From an uncultured archaeon (GTDB lineage: Archaea > Iainarchaeota > Iainarchaeia > Iainarchaeales > 0-14-0-20-30-16): a stretch of 8,267 nt of DNA. Where the stretch lies: positions 1-8,267 of the forward strand of contig CAZQQS010000022.1 in NCBI GenBank assembly GCA_964595665.1. The letters are read 5' to 3'. Positions 5,410-8,267 of this stretch are shown here, in pieces. The translations under genes were made by a program, and so were the position numbers. How positions within the stretch are numbered: position 1 is the stretch's first letter; every line of letters starts with the position of its first letter. The notes under the pieces were generated by a model. That model had not been told where the DNA came from. It did no database searches and saw nothing but the letters and a program-made list of their open reading frames with translations.

Positions 5410-5666
5410 GAGATATTTTATTAGTTTACGATGTTACTGTTGAAGATCAAGATACATTAGATAAAGTAGAAGCAGATTGTAAAAAAATTAACATAGGAAA
5501 ATTGCAAAAAGTTGAGCGAGTTCCATTTGTTTTTGGTACACAAGCAATAAGGGTTGCAGTAATTGTGCCAGATAAAACTGATGGTATGTCAGATGCTGTT
5601 GAAGAATATTTTAATGGTATAGAAGGCGTAAGTTCAATTAATAATGTTGCAACAACTTTGATTTAG
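5406..5666 (+). CDS. ef1b: Archaeal translation elongation factor 1-beta (aEF-1beta)
   Basis: 86 aa, the typical length. MGD... N-terminus, ...VPFVFGTQAIRVAVIVPDKTDG...VEEYFNGIEGVSSINNV matches the aEF-1beta pattern P.AFGL.AL.V.VVV.D.EGG...EE.L..IEGV.S.EV. Confidence 0.85.
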   Translation: MGDILLVYDVTVEDQDTLDKVEADCKKINIGKLQKVERVPFVFGTQAIRVAVIVPDKTDGMSDAVEEYFNGIEGVSSINNVATTLI

Positions 5667-5678
5667 GGATTTTTATGG
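5661..5678 (+). repeat. Copy 2 of the 18-nt junction cassette ATTTAGGGATTTTTATGG
   Basis: Exact match to 5392-5409. It spans the aEF-1beta stop and the csl4 start. Confidence 0.8.
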
Positions 5679-6259
5679 TATTTATTGGAGATATTTTGGC
5701 TAGCGAAGAAGAATATTTGGCTGGTCCTGGAACTTTTGTTGATGCTGAAGGAAATATTAAAGCTTCGGTTATTGGAAAAGTTTTACAAAATGACGAAAAA
5801 AAAGAAATTTCTGTTGAAGGTAAAATTTTATATCCTCAAAAAGGAGATTTTGCTATTGCAATAGTTAATGATGTTAAAGATAAAGTTATTTTAACAACTA
5901 TTTTAGAAATTTTTTATGAAAATAAAAAGAAAAAGATTTTGAAAAAAAGTGGAATTATTTTTATTCAAAATTTAAGTACTTCTTTTTTAGAAAATGCAAG
6001 GCAAGCAATAAGAGTTGGAGACGTAATTAAAACAATAATTATGGACGAAGATGATACTGCATATATTTTAACTATGAAAGAACCAGGATGCGGAGTAATT
6101 TTAGCAAAATGTTCTAAGTGTAGAGGAAATATGTATATTAAAGGCAAAGATAGAAACATGCGAGATGGTTCTTTAATGCAATGTTCTAATTGTAAAAATT
6201 TAGAAACAAGAAGAACTACTAGAGATTATATGTTCCGAGGTGTTACAAATGAAAATTAA
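5675..6259 (+). CDS. csl4: Exosome complex RNA-binding subunit Csl4 (N-terminal domain, S1 domain, C-terminal Zn-ribbon)
   Basis: IGDILASEEEYLAGPGTFVDAEGNIKASVIG (Csl4 N-terminal signature). KGDFAIAIVNDVKD...IRVGDVIKTII (S1-like). C-terminal CSKC...CSNC zinc ribbon. Confidence 0.8.
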   Translation: MVFIGDILASEEEYLAGPGTFVDAEGNIKASVIGKVLQNDEKKEISVEGKILYPQKGDFAIAIVNDVKDKVILTTILEIFYENKKKKILKKSGIIFIQNLSTSFLENARQAIRVGDVIKTIIMDEDDTAYILTMKEPGCGVILAKCSKCRGNMYIKGKDRNMRDGSLMQCSNCKNLETRRTTRDYMFRGVTNEN

Positions 6260-6536
6260 GTTTATTGAAGAAACATCTGAAAAAATAAAATTTCAAATGT
6301 TGGAAACTAAATATTCTATTCCAGAGATGTTAAAAAAACAATTATTAACATACAAAGGTGTAGTAATGGCATCTGGAATGTTAGATCATCCAGAAGATAA
6401 TGAAAATATTTTTATTTTAGTTGTTGAAAAAGGAATTAACCCAAGAGAACTTTTATTAAAAGCAATTGATGAATTGCAAAAAGAAATCTTAACTTTTAAA
6501 GATCAAATGGTTAAGGAATTGAAAGAGGCAAAATAA
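6249..6536 (+). CDS. rpoL: DNA-directed RNA polymerase subunit L (Rpb11 homologue)
   Basis: MKIKFIEETSEKIKFQMLETKYSIPEMLKKQLLTYKGVVMASGMLDHPEDNENIFILVVEKGINPRELLLKAIDEL follows the RpoL pattern (...I.F.......HT..N.L...L....GV..A.Y...HP......... P...L..A...L). ATG at 6249 has GAGGTG 6 nt upstream and is preferred over the track's GTG at 6240. It overlaps the csl4 3' end by 11 nt. Confidence 0.8.
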   Translation: MKIKFIEETSEKIKFQMLETKYSIPEMLKKQLLTYKGVVMASGMLDHPEDNENIFILVVEKGINPRELLLKAIDELQKEILTFKDQMVKELKEAK

Positions 6537-7294
6537 TGTCTTTTAAAGAGTTCAAAAAAAATTTAAAATACATAGACCCATTTCATCCATATGATTTATT
6601 AATCACTTATTTAAAAAAAAAGATGGGCTATGAAAATAAATTTTTAGGAATAATTATATTTATAATTTATTCTTTAATTTTAGCTTTTTTATTATTAAAA
6701 ATTTTAGCATTAATTTTAGGGGCACATCAAGCAATGATGATTGTTGTTTCTGGATCAATGGAACCTAAATTGCAAATTGGAGACATTGTAGTTTTGTTTA
6801 GCACAAAAAAAATTTCTACAAATTATATTGATATAAATGCTAATTTAAAAGATGTAAAAATTCATCAATATGTAATTCCAAGATATTCTATTTTAGGAGA
6901 GTATAATATTACTGATTTAAGTTTACAACAAGTTTTATATTTTAAATCTTTAAATCCAGAATTAAAAATATATTTGCAAGATTTAAATGTTAATAATGAA
7001 ATTGTAGATCTAGATTTTTCTGGAGATATTGTTGTATATTATTCTGAGTTATATAAAAAAGAAATTATTCATCGAGCGATTTTGGGAATAAATGCTTTGG
7101 ATGGAACATATTATTTAACAAAAGGAGATAATTTAAAAACAAATTTTAGAATGGATGAATATTGTCCAGATTTTTCGAATTATTGTTTTTATCCTTATTT
7201 TTTACCAAAAGAAAATTTGTTGTCAAAATACTTATTTAAAATTCCGTTCTTGGGTTGGATTAAATTAGCCCCAGCAAAATTATTTGGATTTTAA
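6536..7294 (+). CDS. Archaeal/ER-type signal peptidase I (S26B, Sec11-like) with one N-terminal TM segment
   Basis: TM helix FLGIIIFIIYSLILAFLLLKILALIL. Catalytic Ser box VVSGSMEP, GDIVVL, second GDIVVYY box followed by the His box IIHRAI, then the TKGDN box. The start shares one base with the rpoL stop (TAATG). Confidence 0.8.
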   Translation: MSFKEFKKNLKYIDPFHPYDLLITYLKKKMGYENKFLGIIIFIIYSLILAFLLLKILALILGAHQAMMIVVSGSMEPKLQIGDIVVLFSTKKISTNYIDINANLKDVKIHQYVIPRYSILGEYNITDLSLQQVLYFKSLNPELKIYLQDLNVNNEIVDLDFSGDIVVYYSELYKKEIIHRAILGINALDGTYYLTKGDNLKTNFRMDEYCPDFSNYCFYPYFLPKENLLSKYLFKIPFLGWIKLAPAKLFGF

Positions 7295-7297
7295 TAT

Positions 7298-8266
7298 TTA
7301 TGCAATTCTAGTTTCGTAATTAGTTTGTATTTGTGCAATATATTGATTTTGGGGTAATTTAGTTAAACTAGTTAAAAATTCTTTAGGATTTTCTAAATTT
7401 TTTGGTTTATTTGCTATACAATTTGAATAATTATAAGTCCCTGTTGGTTTCCAGCTTCCAGAGTCATAACTCCAATTTTCAGCAGGTCTTAAACCATCAT
7501 GTACTTCTAAATGCAACATGCCACAAACGCTTGCTTTTCCTAAGATATCTCCTTTATTAATTTTATCTCCTTTAGCCCATTTTTTACCAGTTTTGGGATT
7601 TATAGCAATATTTGTAGCATTAATTTCTCCATATAATATTGTTTGATCTAAACTTGCATGATAAATATATATTGCCGCACCTTGACCGCCATCACAATTT
7701 GCAAAATTATTGTATAAATGAATTATTTCTCCATCAGTAATGGCTTGTACTGTTGCTGGGCCTTTAGTATAAATATCTGTGCCCCCGTGACATCTAATAT
7801 ATGGTAAACTATTTGTTGGTTTTCTATATTGTGTAAAGTTATAACTAATATAATAAAAACTCTCATTTGTTAGAGGAAATAATAAATCTTTATTGCCTAA
7901 ACCTAATTTGTTTGGAGTATATTCTATATCCTGTGTAGAATAATATGCTAAACTCATTTTTCCAATTTCTAAATGTCCTTTATTTAATGGAATATAAATT
8001 ACTTTGTTGTTTGTATTCGGAACTAAATTATCTGCAAGAGTTACTTTAGGCGCTTGTTTTTTTATAGCATCAGTCATAACATTACAAGCTATTGAATTTA
8101 TGTTGTTATAAAAAATTATTGCATTAGCTGTAGGTTCGTGCGCACTGGATAATTTAGGATTCTGAACCATCAAATATAATTTTGCATTAGATTCATTTTT
8201 TAAATAATTTTGGTATATATTTGTTGCGGCATTTCCACCATTCCAACAATAATCTGCATCAGATAA
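7298..8266 (-). CDS. Secreted-type M23 (LytM/lysostaphin-like) metallopeptidase domain protein, 5'-truncated by the window edge
   Basis: The frame stays open upstream of the track's TTG start (8173) to the window end (...LSDADYCWNGGNAATNIYQNYLKNESNAKLYLMVQ...). M23 core: RCHGGTDIY (HxxxD, H codon 7787-7789), GPATVQAITDGEII, GAAIYIYH, KGDKINKGDILGKASVCGMLHLEVH (H codon 7511-7513). The stop is 3 nt from the convergent signal peptidase stop. Confidence 0.65.
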   Translation of the reverse strand, partial: LSDADYCWNGGNAATNIYQNYLKNESNAKLYLMVQNPKLSSAHEPTANAIIFYNNINSIACNVMTDAIKKQAPKVTLADNLVPNTNNKVIYIPLNKGHLEIGKMSLAYYSTQDIEYTPNKLGLGNKDLLFPLTNESFYYISYNFTQYRKPTNSLPYIRCHGGTDIYTKGPATVQAITDGEIIHLYNNFANCDGGQGAAIYIYHASLDQTILYGEINATNIAINPKTGKKWAKGDKINKGDILGKASVCGMLHLEVHDGLRPAENWSYDSGSWKPTGTYNYSNCIANKPKNLENPKEFLTSLTKLPQNQYIAQIQTNYETRIA

Positions 8267-8267
8267 T

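Noticed and set aside
5965-6159. Minus-strand 64-aa ORF
   Set aside because: It is antisense inside csl4 (S1 and Zn-ribbon region). It has a hydrophobic, shadow-ORF composition and no promoter or SD.
6240-6248. GTG start at 6240 for rpoL (MLQMKIK...)
   Set aside because: ATG at 6249 has GAGGTG at the ideal distance, and the GTG itself lies within that SD. MKIKFIEE matches the usual RpoL N-terminus.
8165-8173. TTG/ATG start at 8173/8170 for the M23 peptidase gene
   Set aside because: The frame remains open with sensible sequence to the window edge (8266), and no SD or TATA precedes 8173. The gene is more likely 5'-truncated by the window.
1-8267. Alternative genetic code (no TGA stops seen; in-frame TAA at 747)
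   Set aside because: TAA and TAG terminate 13 well-supported genes at positions matching homologue lengths, and Trp is encoded by TGG. There are no coding gaps that reading through TGA would close. The lack of TGA stops fits the AT bias. The single internal TAA is best explained locally.
1-8267. CRISPR arrays, IS elements, integrases, defence-system genes, rRNA
   Set aside because: I found no spaced direct repeats, terminal inverted repeats flanking a transposase, or recognisable nuclease, ATPase or RT defence domains on either strand. The only mobile-element-like trace is the isolated HTH at 181-360.

Overview
The window is strongly AT-rich and densely packed, and its gene content is archaeal. 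The style (tiny intergenic gaps, overlapping genes, a tRNA-Ile with a genomic UAU anticodon) suggests a small-genome, DPANN/Nanoarchaeota-like lineage, but that assignment is inference. Most of it is housekeeping. On the minus strand: a group II chaperonin (thermosome), an ScpA-like kleisin and tRNA-Arg(UCG). On the plus strand: tRNA-Ile(UAU) and a co-directional cluster of a small Zn-ribbon protein (missing from the ORF track), aEF-1beta, exosome subunit Csl4, RNA polymerase subunit L and an archaeal-type signal peptidase I. The less ordinary parts are: (a) the left end (1-1124), with a 27-aa Lys/Ala/Pro microprotein behind a perfect 19-bp palindrome, a small HTH gene split by a +1 frameshift, and a GNAT-like gene interrupted by one in-frame TAA; (b) an orphan 218-aa protein immediately upstream of the thermosome; (c) a Bud32-like kinase-fold protein whose catalytic Asp is replaced by His; (d) a bacterial-type M23 peptidase gene running off the right edge. 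I found no CRISPR array, transposase, integrase, recognisable defence system or rRNA, and no evidence of a reassigned genetic code. All homology calls rest on motifs read by eye and need a database or structure search.
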